Assembly (NCBI RefSeq): GCF_001194135.2
Contig: NC_068981.1
Coordinates: forward strand, 170,708,256-170,772,255
DNA length: 64,000 bases
DNA from: Octopus bimaculoides
Lineage: Eukaryota
Reading direction: 5' to 3'
Positions 12,481-26,160 of the stretch are shown in pieces; within the stretch, counting starts at the first letter, position 1; each line of letters begins with the position of its first letter. The position numbers and the translations under genes were made by a program. The notes below the pieces were generated by a model. It searched no databases, was not told the DNA's origin, and was given only the letters and a program-made list of their open reading frames with translations.

Positions 12481-14329
12481 TCTTGGTTTACATCTTAATG
12501 TACATTATAAAACAACTAAAATCCTTTATGAATATAAGTTATAAATAATCATCACGACAAATACGTATTTCAGATAATTGATTGATCAATGTAAATTTAT
12601 TTATTTATCAATTGCAATATAATTTGAATTAATTATATCGAGCTGTATGAATATTTCCTAGATATACGCATTTATTTAGAAATTTGAATGTAATTAACAT
12701 TTAGTGCAATGTTTGCCTTTCATCAATAATTTGCTAATATAGAATGAAGATATATTACAAAAAGACTAATGGAATATTGCCGTAACCATTTACAATTTTA
12801 TCATTTTGTTGTCATTATAAATGCCAGTGGGTATATGTTCACATTATTTACACCCTTTTCCATTTCATATGTATCAAACAGTAATTAGTTACTTTTCCAA
12901 AGATGTTACTCACCTCAGGAACTGATTCCGCCTTTCAAACTAACCGGCCAAGCAAGAACATGTATGGTTTTATCACACTTATCGATAAATCAATCACAAA
13001 ACTTTATTTAACTATTTCCAACGTTTAATGGGAATCGAATAACATACACACGAATATACTCAACTATATATATATACATATATCTTACGTTTGTAATAAA
13101 CATGTTTTTCTATTGCAATGTTTAATGTATTGTCCCTGATAGACTTCTGTTTTCACTGAAATTAAATTCCTTGATCAGTTATATGAGCAATTATATATTA
13201 TGTAAATTTTATTTGAGATCTCAGTAATGTAAAGAAATATTGTACTAATCTGCGTTACTCATACAGAAATACCGAGCGAATGAAAATATTGCTCAAAGAA
13301 TGGAAATTCAATCAGTGCAAAGAAAATCATTTGTTGAACAGACTAAAAAAAAAGCACGTCGTTTCCGATTGACAATGCTAGACACAATGTTATCCACACC
13401 AATGCTTATATTTAATATGTGTACGTCAGAATGTGCGCGTGAGTGTGTCTGCATTTGCGTGTACATATGGACAATTGCATCCACACACATATATATATTT
13501 ATTCTATACGCATACACACGCACACACATATATATGTACATATATGTATATTTGTGTATGTGTGTGTATGTATTATGAATACATACACAATACTTACAAA
13601 AGTAATCCTTTCTTTGCCGTGTATTTGGAGAAGGAATTCGGTTAAAAGTATGATATTTTCTTGTTATGCTGAACAATTAATGCATTATGTATCATATAGC
13701 ACTAGTGTTAGTATTGTAGTATCTACAATCATATTTTATGTTTAACGTTATATATATTTGCATCACTTTTGTTTACTCAATCTCTAACATTCATTTTATT
13801 TAATGCCTGTGTTTGTTTAAGAAATCTAGAAATAAATAGCACGGATGCATCTCAGCTCTTATTCTCCAAATATTCATGTAGTTTCTTTGCAGATGTACTG
13901 CAAGCAATGACAGAGACAAAAAGAAAGTAACAGAGACATCTCTTCTCCAAAATATGGAGGACGTCTGCCACTTCTATCAATAGCCGGTAACCATTCAGCC
14001 AACAATTCATAGTTTGACATGATGGTTGAATGGAAATGTTACCCATATATATCATATATACCATATTGCTAAAATTTCAGTAGAAATTTCTGTTTCGTTG
14101 CCAGAAGAGTTTTAGCTTATATTTAAAATATATTCTTCTTACTTGTCTAAAACCATAATGACTCCGTTTATATCGATTATTTTCAGAAATGTCGCCCAAC
14201 CAAATACCACCAGATTTGCTACTAGTTAAACCCTCGATCACGCTGCAATCCCTAAAACGTATCCACACTGCTCTCAATAAATATTATCCATGCATACACC
14301 CTCTTAGCACTTACAAAGTCACCAAATAC

Positions 14330-14620
14330 GAAACATATTTCGATTACTCTAATCCAACAATGTGACCAGGCTGGACGGCGTTTCATCCAACATCCTCAAA
14401 TACTTCAGAGATTGCTTGTATCCCCATGAAATATTTAGATTTTTCACGGTATGTTTATGCCTTTAACTTTTTGAAATTGTCACAATGTCTGAAAAGTCGT
14501 TGCACTGTCTTCTATCTCAAGCAGGTCACGTCTATAAATCTGTTAAATTAAATGTACCACATCTTCCCACAGCTCACCATTTCCTTCACTTCCAGGTGCA
14601 ACCTAAATATATCAGTGCTA
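14330..14620 (+). mobile_element. Decayed CR1/L2-type LINE RT N-terminal remnant
   Basis: TRLDGVSSNILKYFRDCLYP resembles the GPDGI..xILK motif preceding LINE RT. Little other support. Confidence 0.3.
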
Positions 14621-14752
14621 ATTCCATAACCGAAAACTCTACAGAAGTTTATAAAATAAAATCTGGAAACAGTCTAACTCAAGAGAACAGCGTCATAGTT
14701 AAGGAAGTATTTGATTTCTCGACCATCTTTCTCGTTAAAGACATCTTCTAGA

Positions 14753-14922
14753 CAGGCGCAGGCATAGCTGTCTGGATACACAGGCGTTACTGTTTGGTAA
14801 AGAGCTTGCTTTCCAACCACATGGTTCCAGATTAAGTCCCCCTGAGTGACATCTTGGGCAAGTATTTCTACTATGGCCTCCGGCTGACCAAGCCTGTGTG
14901 GGTGGATTTGTTAAACGGAATT
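14753..14922 (+). mobile_element. SINE family A head
   Basis: GGTAAAGAGCTTGCTTTCCAACCACATGGTTCCAGATTAAGTCCC...TTGGGCAAGTATTTCTACTATGGCCTCCGGCTGACCAAGCCTGTGTGGGTGGATTTG is homologous to the 690-849 head. Confidence 0.7.
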
Positions 14923-14924
14923 TG

Positions 14925-15625
14925 CGGTGAATATTTTGTCGTCTCAATTACGCAAAAATGAACGTGACTCTGATATTTTGTTTTATCAGATATATTTACC
15001 AAACTTACATAAAAATATCTTGAAATACTAAATAGTAAATTTATTCAATAAAATCACCGTTGGCTTCAACCATGACTTCAGAATTTCCTCCAACTCTTGT
15101 GGACGGTCTCCTTGTTTAAATTGGCGAATGCTGCCTTAAGTTCATCTTTCGTGTTGCAAGAAGTTTTGTTGATCGCTCTCTCAACGGCGCTCCTGCAGTC
15201 TGGGAAGCAAGGTGGCCAGATGTTAGGGGTGATGTGGTCGCAGAAATTGTCTGACACCCATGTATGCCTCCGTGTTGAATGTGAGGCCGTGTAGGAAGAT
15301 GAATGGATGCATAACGTCGCCATCACTACTATTCATTCCAAATACCATGACGTTGATGGAAGTTTTGATTTTTATCACTCTCGGTACATGCACTGTCTTC
15401 AGATTGACACCCCAAAACTCTGAAATGTTCGCATTGGAGCTTCCGGTGTGATTACCGTGCAGTACAGCATGTCGTCTCCAAATTTCTGGCAGAGTGAATT
15501 GCGTCGTGGTGCTGTTTTCCTCATAGACGGTGCACAGCTGAACCTATTATACTGTGTAGTCGACAAGATCAAACACAAACAATGCGCATGCGCGATATAA
15601 AACATATAAAATGGTGACAATTCCC
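14925..15625 (-). mobile_element. Internally deleted DD37D-like Tc1/mariner element
   Basis: Minus-strand MVFGMNSSDGDVMHPFIF.HGLTFNTEAY, WVSDNFCDHITPNIWPPCFPDC, AVERAINKTSCNTKDELKAAFANLNKETV. 5' end homologous to the 47085-47520 copy. Confidence 0.75.
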
Positions 15626-15734
15626 GAGCGTCATACTAATATATACTTTTGTTATTTACACCACCTGTCCTCGTCTGTTGTTATTTTTTGTATATTCTCC
15701 CATATATATATATATATATACATTGTATATATAC

Positions 15735-15912
15735 ACACATGTGGGTGCGAGTGTCTTTGTGTCTATGTTTGGCCCCCACCATCGATAAACAACTGGTGTG
15801 GTATGCTTACAGGTAAATGCCAGGCTTAAAAATATAAATGCTGGAGTTGGTTCATTCGACGGTGCCCCAGTGTGGTCGCAGGGAAGTGACTGAAACAAGT
15901 AAAAGGTAAAAA
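15735..15912 (+). mobile_element. SINE family A tail
   Basis: GTGTCTATGTTTGGCCCCCACCATCG...GACGGTGCCCCAGTGTGGTCGCAGGGAAGTGACTGAAACAAGTAAAAGG matches the family A 3' half. Confidence 0.65.
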
Positions 15913-17221
15913 CATGTAAACATTTACAATAATGTTTATTATGTCTCCGTTTTGCGAGAAATATAAGGTTTTATGTTTTCCATTGCATATGACTGAAAAC
16001 TAGCGAAGATATATGTACGCTTACTGGGATGTAAATAATTCGTCATTTCATCTCGTAACTTACAACGATATTAAAATATCATGTGTAAACTATCAAAGCT
16101 CAGTCGTAATGTTGTATCGTTTAATATTTCCAGATTCAACGTTTATTTTTATGGAATATATTTAAGTTCTAAATGTTGGAGGAAAGCTTATCGACGAGAT
16201 ATAAATCCATAACATAAGAAATTAAAAACAATAAATATTTCACTTTTTTATGCCTATATAGACTTAAGTGAAATACTTTCAGAAGTACATCATTCGTTTT
16301 TGAGAAGAACCGTGTTTTAATAAAAAAAAAAACAAAAAAAAAAACATACCTTTGACATCATGTAGTAATGGTAATGCTACAAGAAAGGGATAATATGCAC
16401 AATCGTCAAATACGTAAACTGCTGCATGCCGGAAAATTTAGAATGTAATATGCCTGTTATGTTGTCTTCTTCGCATCAGCTGGAATTTAGTAATTTGCAC
16501 ATTATTCCGAGATTACAGCTGCCGAGTGTGAGAATTATTAAAAAGTAAATTACATAAATCTTTAAAATAACTCACATTATTACAGATAATTATTTCCTAA
16601 GCTTAACATTTTCATTTTTTTAATTTCAACTCAGTTGTTTAAGTAGTGTTCCTAAGGTTGTTATATTCAGATGATTTGTTCTTTAATTAACCAGAGTTAA
16701 TCTCTTTTTAAACGAAAATTAATTTTTCACGTGCTGCAGATTACATCTGGAAAATAAACTTTTCCAGCATAGGGAAGGTACACATATACACACAGCTATA
16801 TGTAAATATGTGTGTGCATGTGGGTGTGAGCGCGCATACGTGTGCGCGTGTTTGTGACACTTTTTAAGGTTATCTTAAAAGATTTTCTTTACAAATTAGA
16901 GCCAGTACTGATTCGTTACGATGTTTCGCATACGAATATGTCTATTGTAAAGAATGCAATTGACGACAGAAAAGAACGTAATGGCGTATATCCATACTTC
17001 AGTTCCTGCTCCAGAAACGCTATAGGAATAACATTAAGAAGTAAATAGCACTCCTAACACAAGCGAGGTATAATATTAACTCATAAGAGTTTAATAAACT
17101 TAGCAGTATATCATGGTTGCATAATGAAATACAGTGTCCTTACTAGCAATTAATATATGTGCGTATATATGTATGTATGTATGTATGTATGCATATACGT
17201 ATGTCACTATTCGGTTTTATT

Positions 17222-17745
17222 TTAAGATTTCTCCGCAATGGAGAGAGAGCTGGTTTCTAACCTAAATCCCAGGCTCCTTCATTGGATTTTTCAACATCAA
17301 CTGGGTATTTTTGTATGTATGCATGTATGTATGTATGTATGTATGTATATATGTATGTAAGGATATGTGGAGATTTGTATGTTTTGTTTTATGCATGTGT
17401 TCTCATGCATATACATGTATATCTAGACATGCTCATTGATACTTAAATAATAAACTTCATGAAAGTTTTCAAGATTTTTACAATTCCAATGATGGCTTGG
17501 ATTTGTAGTCTTCGAATCAACTTCCTTCTTTCTGGTTTTCAGAAGCCTAATTTCTCAAGATTCGTATTTAGGTAGTGTGTTACATGTTCCAGTGCCTCAA
17601 TAATTACAGGTATAAACCTGAACTTGCAGGCTGGGTAGACTCGCTGTAGATTCCTCGATAGTTCAGTGTAGGTATTTTCTTTTTTGCTCACACTTAGCTT
17701 TAAACTAACATCCGCTGGGCAGCTGATTTCCACAACTGTCCACAA
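17222..17745 (-). mobile_element. R4/Dong-like non-LTR retrotransposon 3' end (restriction-like endonuclease plus 3' UTR)
   Basis: TVVEISCPADVSLKLSVSKKENTYTELSRNLQRVYPACKFRFIPVIIEAL (RLE domain). 3' UTR with internal (CATA)n. Homologous to 33697-34490 and 61200-61450. Confidence 0.8.
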
Positions 17746-17912
17746 ATGTATGAATGCACGTATGTATGTACGTACGTACGTATGTATGTATGTATGTATG
17801 TGTGTACGTATGTATGTCTACGGTTATTATTGTTATAACTGTAGCGTGTGACACCAATGCACAAAATACAGTTTATGTAGTGATAAGTTGACTTTCGTTC
17901 CATAAAATTTAC

Positions 17913-17970
17913 AGCAGCAGCAGAGGTAGCAACGGCAACGGCAACGGCAGCGGCAACGGCAACGGCAGCG

Positions 17971-18004
<34 letters not shown>

Positions 18005-18017
18005 TAGTAGTAGTAGC

Positions 18018-18081
<64 letters not shown>

Positions 18082-18185
18082 ATTTTTGTTCATGTCGTTG
18101 TTGTTGTTGTTGATAGTGGTAGTGGTGGTGGTGGTGCGGCTGCTACTGGTGTTGTTGCTGGTGCTGGTGCTGGTGCTAGTGTTGG
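17913..18185. repeat. Compound trinucleotide array (CAG/CAA-CGG/TAG/GTT/GGT/GCT)
   Basis: Direct inspection. Confidence 0.9.
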
Positions 18186-19329
18186 TTTTTGCTGCGGTGG
18201 CTGAGAATGGTGACTGTCCTGCTGATATTGGTGTATGAGGCGTTAGTAGCGATGATAAGATTATATCAGACGTACAGGACGTGTTTTATTTGGCTTGATA
18301 TGTTTCACAAAACGGTTTGTCGTCCACGCCAAGAAGAGATTATACAAATGCTATCTCACCATCAGTATGAATATCCAAAACAAAATAAACAGTGTAGTAT
18401 CTATGATAACAGTGGCAAGAGAAAATGTCAACGTTAGCTATCGGTGTTAATAATGATGTATCTGAATGTAATTAAGTTGAACTACATAGATCTAAATGAT
18501 GAATTTAATCATGTCAATATTGTAATCTAGATTGTATAATGAATACATTAATTCATATTAATTTCGTGAATGTATATATGTTGCTATTTCCTTTAATGTG
18601 TATAAGTGGCTCTGTAGCAACTCTTCTCTGTTGATTTGTATGCTTACTTGTTAGTTTTATCATGAACGTGATTAAATACATTATCCCCGCCTGTTTTTTT
18701 TTTTCTTCTTTTTGTCTTTTCTATGGAACGTATGACATTTATCTGAATCATTTACAAGCCGAAGTAAATAGTAATATATGACGGCAGTCTCAAATTAATA
18801 CAAGTCATCCTTCCGCTCGATTAGTTTCGATTAATCACATTATCTTTGACGATTTATCCGAGTTAATTTTGGAGGAGGAAAAGAAAAGACTGAGTACTAG
18901 AGTAAGAAATAGTCAATTGGTAATTAATAATAGCAAATCTGAATGCCGTGTAGTGATATAACAGAACTGCATAAAGGATCAGTTCCAAAGATTCATAGAA
19001 AATGTATCTTATCTACTTGAAAGAATTAAGAGTTAACCTGCGATCTACTATTTTAAAAAATCACAAAATTTTTTTCAGTCATATTGATTACACAGTGAAG
19101 CATGTATAACAATCTTCTCCTATATCTTTGGTCTGCATTCGGGAATTGTTTTATCTATATTTAAATTCATGGATGTGATGTTACATATTCTAGGTTGCTG
19201 ATTTTAAATATCTAAACCATTTTGCTCTGTCACATAAGGATGTTGAATAAAATACAAATTAATAATAATAAAGTGTTACTTTATTAAAATGAAGCAAGTA
19301 ATCAAAACAAAGCACATTCTGTTAGTCTT

Positions 19330-21097
19330 AAGAATGTATGTTTTCCAAATCAACATGAAATGAACCACGATCATCATAAGATGAATCAGAATTATCAACA
19401 TCAAACCAAATGAATGTAAAAAATATTCTCCTAATAGTTAGCTTACATATTGATTCAAAGGAAGGAGGACCGCTTTGATTTCTGCTTGTGCTGTGCATCG
19501 GGACCCTCACGTTTCAAGGCCCAGCAATAATCCGCCGTAATGCTGACATTACATTTGCCCTGGTATCGAGTTTTCATGGTGCAAATGTCTTGATGGAACC
19601 GCTCTCCTTCTTCCTCACTGTGTTCCCCACAATTCTTGGGAAAACAGTCAAGATGCGAGTGCAAAAAAATGCATCTTTACAATTATTCTAGACCTATGTT
19701 GCTGGAAACTTGATATCAGGTCTTGGATCATTTTTTCATATTTTGAGGAATGGCTGTTTCCCAAGACGTTTTGGACAATCTTCTTGAAAGAAAACCAGGC
19801 ATTCACTCCGACACCTGCTAATGCTTCTTGAAACTGATTGTCCCTCATTAATCCCCGAATCAGAGGACCAACAAAGATTCTTTTAGCTTGCCTTCACATA
19901 TACGAGAAAATTTTGACTTCAGGTACTTCAAAGCAGCTCCATTATTGTTCAGGGCCCTTACAAAATTTTCATAAACCCTAATTTGATGTGCGTGCAGTGG
20001 TAGCAGCAAAATTGTTTGCGGTTCAACTAGTTGCACAGATTTCACGTTGTCACTTCCGGGTAAGAGGCTGATTCTTGGTGACGAGTCGTTTTGTTCATAG
20101 TGATGGCTGTCTGCGCTACTATCCCAAACACACAGAACACAGGGATACTTAGTGTATCCCCCTTTAAGACCTACTAGGAGAGCAGTAACTTTTAAATCAC
20201 CACAAATGAGAAAATTGTGATTATGATACTTGATTGCATTTATAACTGTTTACATATTTTTGTACGTTTCTGGCATTTGGACACTATGCCAATTAGTAGA
20301 GATGCAGGTGTGTTGCCATTGTAGAGAAGAACAACCTTTAAACTTATGTTAGAAGATTCAATGAAGAACCTCCATTCATCTGCTTTGTACAACATCCCCA
20401 TGTGCTCAATAAGGCCAGGAATATTTGAACAGAAAACTAAAGAATCCTTTTTATCAAAGAACTGAGTGAAATCCGCTTCACTATGACGGTACCAAGTGAA
20501 TGTCGTTCCAGGTACTAGAGGCTTGTGTTCCTGCTGTCTAGAGCCAAGTAACTGCATTTTCTCTTGGAAGAATAAGGCTGCTAACCAAGTCATTGAGCTC
20601 AACTTGGTTGAAGAATTTGGGATCATCATTTGTTGGTGGCTCATAGTCTACTTCCATCTCATTAGTATCACCAGTATCAGACTCTGATGAAATTTCCCGT
20701 GTCTTGGGTGGCACAGGCACAGGAATATCATCTGAGTGTAGAACAGGCCTTATTGATGAAGGAATATTTGGGTATATTATGCGATGTTTAATCTTCTTGT
20801 TGAACCCATTACTTTAGTCATACAAAAGTAGCAGTCATCATAGTGGTTCATCTGCTCCCGCCATACCATTGGTACTCCAAAGGGCGTACATCTAATTTTT
20901 CCTAGTGATCATATTTGAAGCTTACTAATGCAACTCTTGCAAGCTTGGCGAAGTCCAAATAGCTTGTCCTGGTCTCCCAGTTTGCAGCCATAGCAGCGAT
21001 TCAACTAAGGAGTAAAATTTCTCCGGCAATCTGAAGGGGTGAATTGCCCGCAGACATAGCAGAATCTATCTGGTGAATTGATGCAGCCCCTAGACAT
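19330..21097 (-). mobile_element. Chapaev3-type (CMC superfamily) DNA transposon, transposase pseudogene
   Basis: From the ATG at 21097: MSRGCINSPDRFCYVCGQF...GDQDK...PMVWREQMNHYDDCYF...YPNIPSSIRPVLHSDDIPVPVPP; later AWFSFKKIVQNVLGN and HSHLDCFPKNCGEHSEEEGERFHQDICTMKTRYQGK...ADYCWALKR. Multiple frameshifts and stops; TIRs not confidently seen. Confidence 0.8.
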
Positions 21098-22042
21098 ATT
21101 CACAGACTGAAAATAAAGACAATATATTAGATTTAACGTCCAAGTCAATATAAGGTAAGCATGTTAATTTATCATTTACTTATGTTAAACCAAAAGAGAA
21201 AAGTAAAGTCTCGATATAACTTAACAACCTGATGTGATAGAGATGAATAAAGAACACGATGACTCATTATTTCTCATACATATTCAGAAAAAGATACCAT
21301 ACGACCAATAAAAAAATCTGGCAGATTTGTGTTTCTGATCTTCAAACACTGATAAGGAGGAAGTTATTTACAAACCTGACACTTGTATTGAATGCTTGCA
21401 GCAATAGATACTCTGCATGCAAAAGTCCCTAAGCACGGGTGATCGACTAATATAATACTAGACTAAAAATGAAGAATTTTCCCTTTGACTATGAGTCAAG
21501 TCAAATTACTAAACTAATCAACTGTAAATAAATACCAGGGATACTAGTAGGCACTTACTCCCGCTTCAAAATTTCCGCACATGTGAAACAGTAGGTGCCT
21601 TTTAATGTCAATCAAACTGAATGATTTCATTATTGTTTAACAATTTATTAGGTTCTGCACACAACTTTCCAGTTTGCCGTATGTCTGCCGCGATCAGTGT
21701 TTATAAAATAGATGTGTTTGTTGTTAATGGAAAGAGAAAAGATCTGATTAACTGTTTACTACTTTTATCCAAAACAGTTCAACACTACTTACCACAGATT
21801 ACATTTTTGCTCAGCCATGGTGAACTCTAGACAACAACGGACATAACTTAACGAAGAATACATCGGTAAATGTGCTTCACATGTATATATATGTGTATAT
21901 ATATGTGTATGTGTGTGTGTTTGTGTATAGTTATAGTTTCGTTTGGTGATGGAATCAGATTTAATCAATTGTTGTTGTGAAGAGAAGTGGATTCCATCAA
22001 ACGCTTTTATCGAAAGTGCATTCCAGAGAAACAGAGTCTCAA

Positions 22043-22541
22043 TTTAATAATAATAGCTTACTATCAGCGTAATGAGTGTGCATCTTTTAAAGAAAAATCT
22101 TCTGTGGTTTGCTTTTGCAATTCAGTCACGACTCAAAATGTTTGATCATTAACTTCACATTCATTGAGCTTTGGCAGTGTTAAAATGTTGAAAAGTATAA
22201 ATTCTCAAATTCTGATAAGTTAACAAAAATGTACATAACAAAAGATACCATATAAACTTTCATAGACTAGAAAGCGTAAAGCTAATTAAAATGAATATAT
22301 ATTTTCACAGACAGCAATGAAATATAAAAATTTTGGAGTAGATGTTTTCTTAATAAATGGGCATGCTCATTTAATAATAATAGCTTACTATCAGCGTAAT
22401 GAGTGTGCATCTTTTAAAGAAAAATCTTCTGTGGTTTGCTTTTGCAATTCAGTCACGACTCAAAATGTTTGATCATTAACTTCACATTCATTGAGCTTTG
22501 GCAGTGTTAAAATGTTGAAAAGTATAAATTCTCAAATTCTG
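22043..22541. repeat. Identical 172-bp direct duplication abutting an N-gap
   Basis: 22043-22214 equals 22370-22541, and the second copy ends at the gap. Confidence 0.9.
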
Positions 22542-23784
22542 NNNNNNNNNNNNNNNNNNNNNNNNNNNNNNNNNNNNNNNNNNNNNNNNNNNNNNNNNNN
22601 NNNNNNNNNNNNNNNNNNNNNNNNNNNNNNNNNNNNNNNNNNNNNNNNNNNNNNNNNNNNNNNNNNNNNNNNNNNNNNNNNNNNNNNNNNNNNNNNNNNN
22701 NNNNNNNNNNNNNNNNNNNNNNNNNNNNNNNNNNNNNNNNNNNNNNNNNNNNNNNNNNNNNNNNNNNNNNNNNNNNNNNNNNNNNNNNNNNNNNNNNNNN
22801 NNNNNNNNNNNNNNNNNNNNNNNNNNNNNNNNNNNNNNNNNNNNNNNNNNNNNNNNNNNNNNNNNNNNNNNNNNNNNNNNNNNNNNNNNNNNNNNNNNNN
22901 NNNNNNNNNNNNNNNNNNNNNNNNNNNNNNNNNNNNNNNNNNNNNNNNNNNNNNNNNNNNNNNNNNNNNNNNNNNNNNNNNNNNNNNNNNNNNNNNNNNN
23001 NNNNNNNNNNNNNNCATATATACATACATATATAGATGTATCTGTGTGTGCGTATGCATATCCTTATGGTTGTGTCCGATGAATATTTGTGTGTAGTGTG
23101 TTTGCCTGTTTATAAATCTAGCGTCTTGTTTGGCGCACGTGTTTCTTTTCTGATCCATATTGCTGTTTATATATGTGCATGAACGTATTTGAGTTTCATA
23201 CATACGTGTTTATTTATACATAAGAGTGTACATGTGTGTAGCCTTATTAATGGTTATTATATACTTGCATATACGCAAACATATACATTCAATTCAACTA
23301 TCCGCGCGTGCAGACGCATAAAACACACGCGGTTTATGTGATGTTGTACTTTGTGGAGACCATGTTATAAAAATCATATGCAAATTCCAGTGTAAAGTTT
23401 TAGCGGTTGTATGACTGACATTCAAATATTGAGGCCAACTGGGGTTTTTTATAGTTGTTACAAATGTCAAATCGTTTGTATAAATAACAGGTTTGCGCAT
23501 AGGTCATAACGCTGGGAAAACAATGACGTAAACGATTTTGAGGTAAGAAAATATTAAAACAAAATGCGATAGTAACGACCGAGTATACGATCATGACGCT
23601 GCAGTTCTGCAACCATTGCTGCTGTTTCTTGTGCCACTGGTGCTGATTGTGTTAATTGTGCTACCGATACAGTTGCTGTTAATGAATGTGATCGCAATGA
23701 GGATTAATATTTTGATGTTCACGAAGATGATAATGAGGATCATTAACATTGAGATGATGTAGCCGATGACTTCAGCTCCTGCTG

Positions 23785-23802
23785 CTGCAGCAGCAGCAGC
23801 AA

Positions 23803-23887
<85 letters not shown>

Positions 23888-24051
23888 GGTGGTGGTGGTG
23901 GTGGTGGTGGTGATGGATGGTGTTAGTAGTAGTAGTAGTAGTAGTAGTAGTNNNNNNNNNNNNNNNNNNNNNNNNNNNNNNNNNNNNNNNNNNNNNNNNN
24001 NGTAGTGTTAGCATTAGTGTCAGTGTTTTACGGTTGTGATCATGTTAGTAC

Positions 24052-24093
<42 letters not shown>
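23785..24093. repeat. Compound (GCA)/(AGT)/(GGT) trinucleotide array with gap
   Basis: Direct inspection. Confidence 0.9.
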
Positions 24094-24399
24094 AATTTTT
24101 TTTGTCGTTGTTTTGTTGTGGTTTAGCTACTTCAGCAGCATCTGCAGCTGCGAATACGGTATGTCTGAAAAATGGCAGCGAATGTGGTGATGGTAATGAT
24201 GGCAATACCAGAGACCATTCTATTGATTTCTAACATAACCAGAAAATTGCAATTAATGAGTATTACATTGGCGTTCGTGTGGGTCGGCATTACTCCAGTA
24301 ACAGGGGGATAGTAGAGTAAATATGGTGTGATTATTAATTATTTCAACTTACAATCTTAGTACAAATTCTGTCACAAGTGAATTTGACTGTATTTCTTC

Positions 24400-25300
24400 C
24401 GATACGAATAGAACAAAACCTATCCAACCCTAGATTATGTAATTGGGTATGCTTTGTAACTAATTTAACACTAATTATAACATTGTTGATGTTGATGCCG
24501 TTGCGGTTGTGCAACCGCAGTTTAGACTTGATCGAACAGTAGGTAGCTACACCTGTAGCTTTTGGAAACACGAGTTAAGCCATAGACAATCATAATGTTA
24601 GTTTTGTCATGCCACCTCATAGCTAAGTAGTATTATGCCCACCTATATGCAGTTGTGAATCTCATTGAATGCATATTGAAAGCTGATCAGTGATGGAGGT
24701 GTTTATATATCGCTGTAGACCCTGGATTAATTGTTCCTTTTCCACTGTTATTGTTGGAGTATGTAAGCCAGTGTAGTAATTATAGGCAGTAAAGTGGTCG
24801 CTGTTACAAATATATTTTATTGATATGTTTCTTTTGCGTGACAAAGATGAAAGCTCTTGGGCGTGGTATGAGCATTAGAATGGATAGAGGTGACTTTTAC
24901 ATGCACTGATAGGAACAGTGTGAATTGAATACGGTTCCCACAGCAAAGTGTATCCCGAACATATCCAAGGGATTCTCTGGTTTTAACATTCTTGGTTCGT
25001 TGTGTATACGTGAGTTAGGTAAAATGTGATAAGATGCGCAATGTGCCATTATGTGTTCTTCGTAGTTTTTCATGGATTATAAAAAGTGTTGGAATAGCAT
25101 AATCAGGCAGAACTAGCAACATCCATGGTGAATCTAATGTATTTCTTGTACACTCTTGAATTGATTAGCATATATAGTGTCTCTAATTTGCCAAAGTAAA
25201 TTTCTTCATTGTTTTACACATATAACCATCCGTGCGTATTGTGACTACTGTGTTTAGGTAAAATAGATTTATTAATCGTTTTGTATTCTCTACTTTATAT
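24400..25300 (-). mobile_element. Possible decayed APE-endonuclease LINE remnant
   Basis: Only an SDH motif (KYICNSDHFTAY, ORF 24662-24844) and a weak SNAH motif upstream. Confidence 0.2.
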
Positions 25301-25940
25301 GGTTTTTAGTAGCTGACGTTAGAAGGTCTGATAAGGGCATTCACATTGCAAAAGCTATATGAGATATTCTTTGATCTCGACACTACATTATGTTCTGAAA
25401 TGGCTATTGTTATTGATGCTGCTAATTACATAATATATGATATTTTATTGTTCATTTTGTGGTTTATATAGTTTTCAGCTGTTGATAGTCATTGCACTGA
25501 GAGGACAACAACGAGTATATTAAGATAATGAAGAGGATGAGAAAATAGGAGGAAGAGGAGAAAAGGGAGGAGGTGGAATTAAGGTTGATGGAGACTAGCA
25601 AGCAATAGTGCAGAAGCTTGTTGTTTAACTGCCGAAATAGAAGTGCGGTTAGCATGTTCGCTTCTTCAATATATGTTACCGTGTTTGATCACGATAACAT
25701 ATATCGAAGCTGTAAGATTTTGAATTTCTTCCTATAATAATATTTGTATATGACTTGAGATGTTTGCCTTGTCTTAATGTTTGATGTCTTGTTGAAAAAT
25801 TATACATCTCCTGCATCGGAAATCTGCAATGGCTCCATAACTATCGTCTCGGCTATTACCTTCGAGTCCCAGTAATCCGTTACAGCACTTACTTAGCGTA
25901 CCTAATCGTTTGGATCACCTGTGAATTAAACCTCCATACG

Positions 25941-25971
<31 letters not shown>

Positions 25972-26160
25972 NNNNNNNNNNNNNNNNNNNNNNNNNNNNN
26001 NNNNNNNNNNNNNNNNNNNNNNNNNNNNNNNNNNNNNNNNNNNNNNNNNNNNNNNNNNNNNNNNNNNNNNNNNNNNNNNNNNNNNNNNNNNNNNNNNNNN
26101 NNNNNNNNNNNNNNNNNNNNNNNNNNNNNNNNNNNNNNNNNNTATGTATGTATATATATA

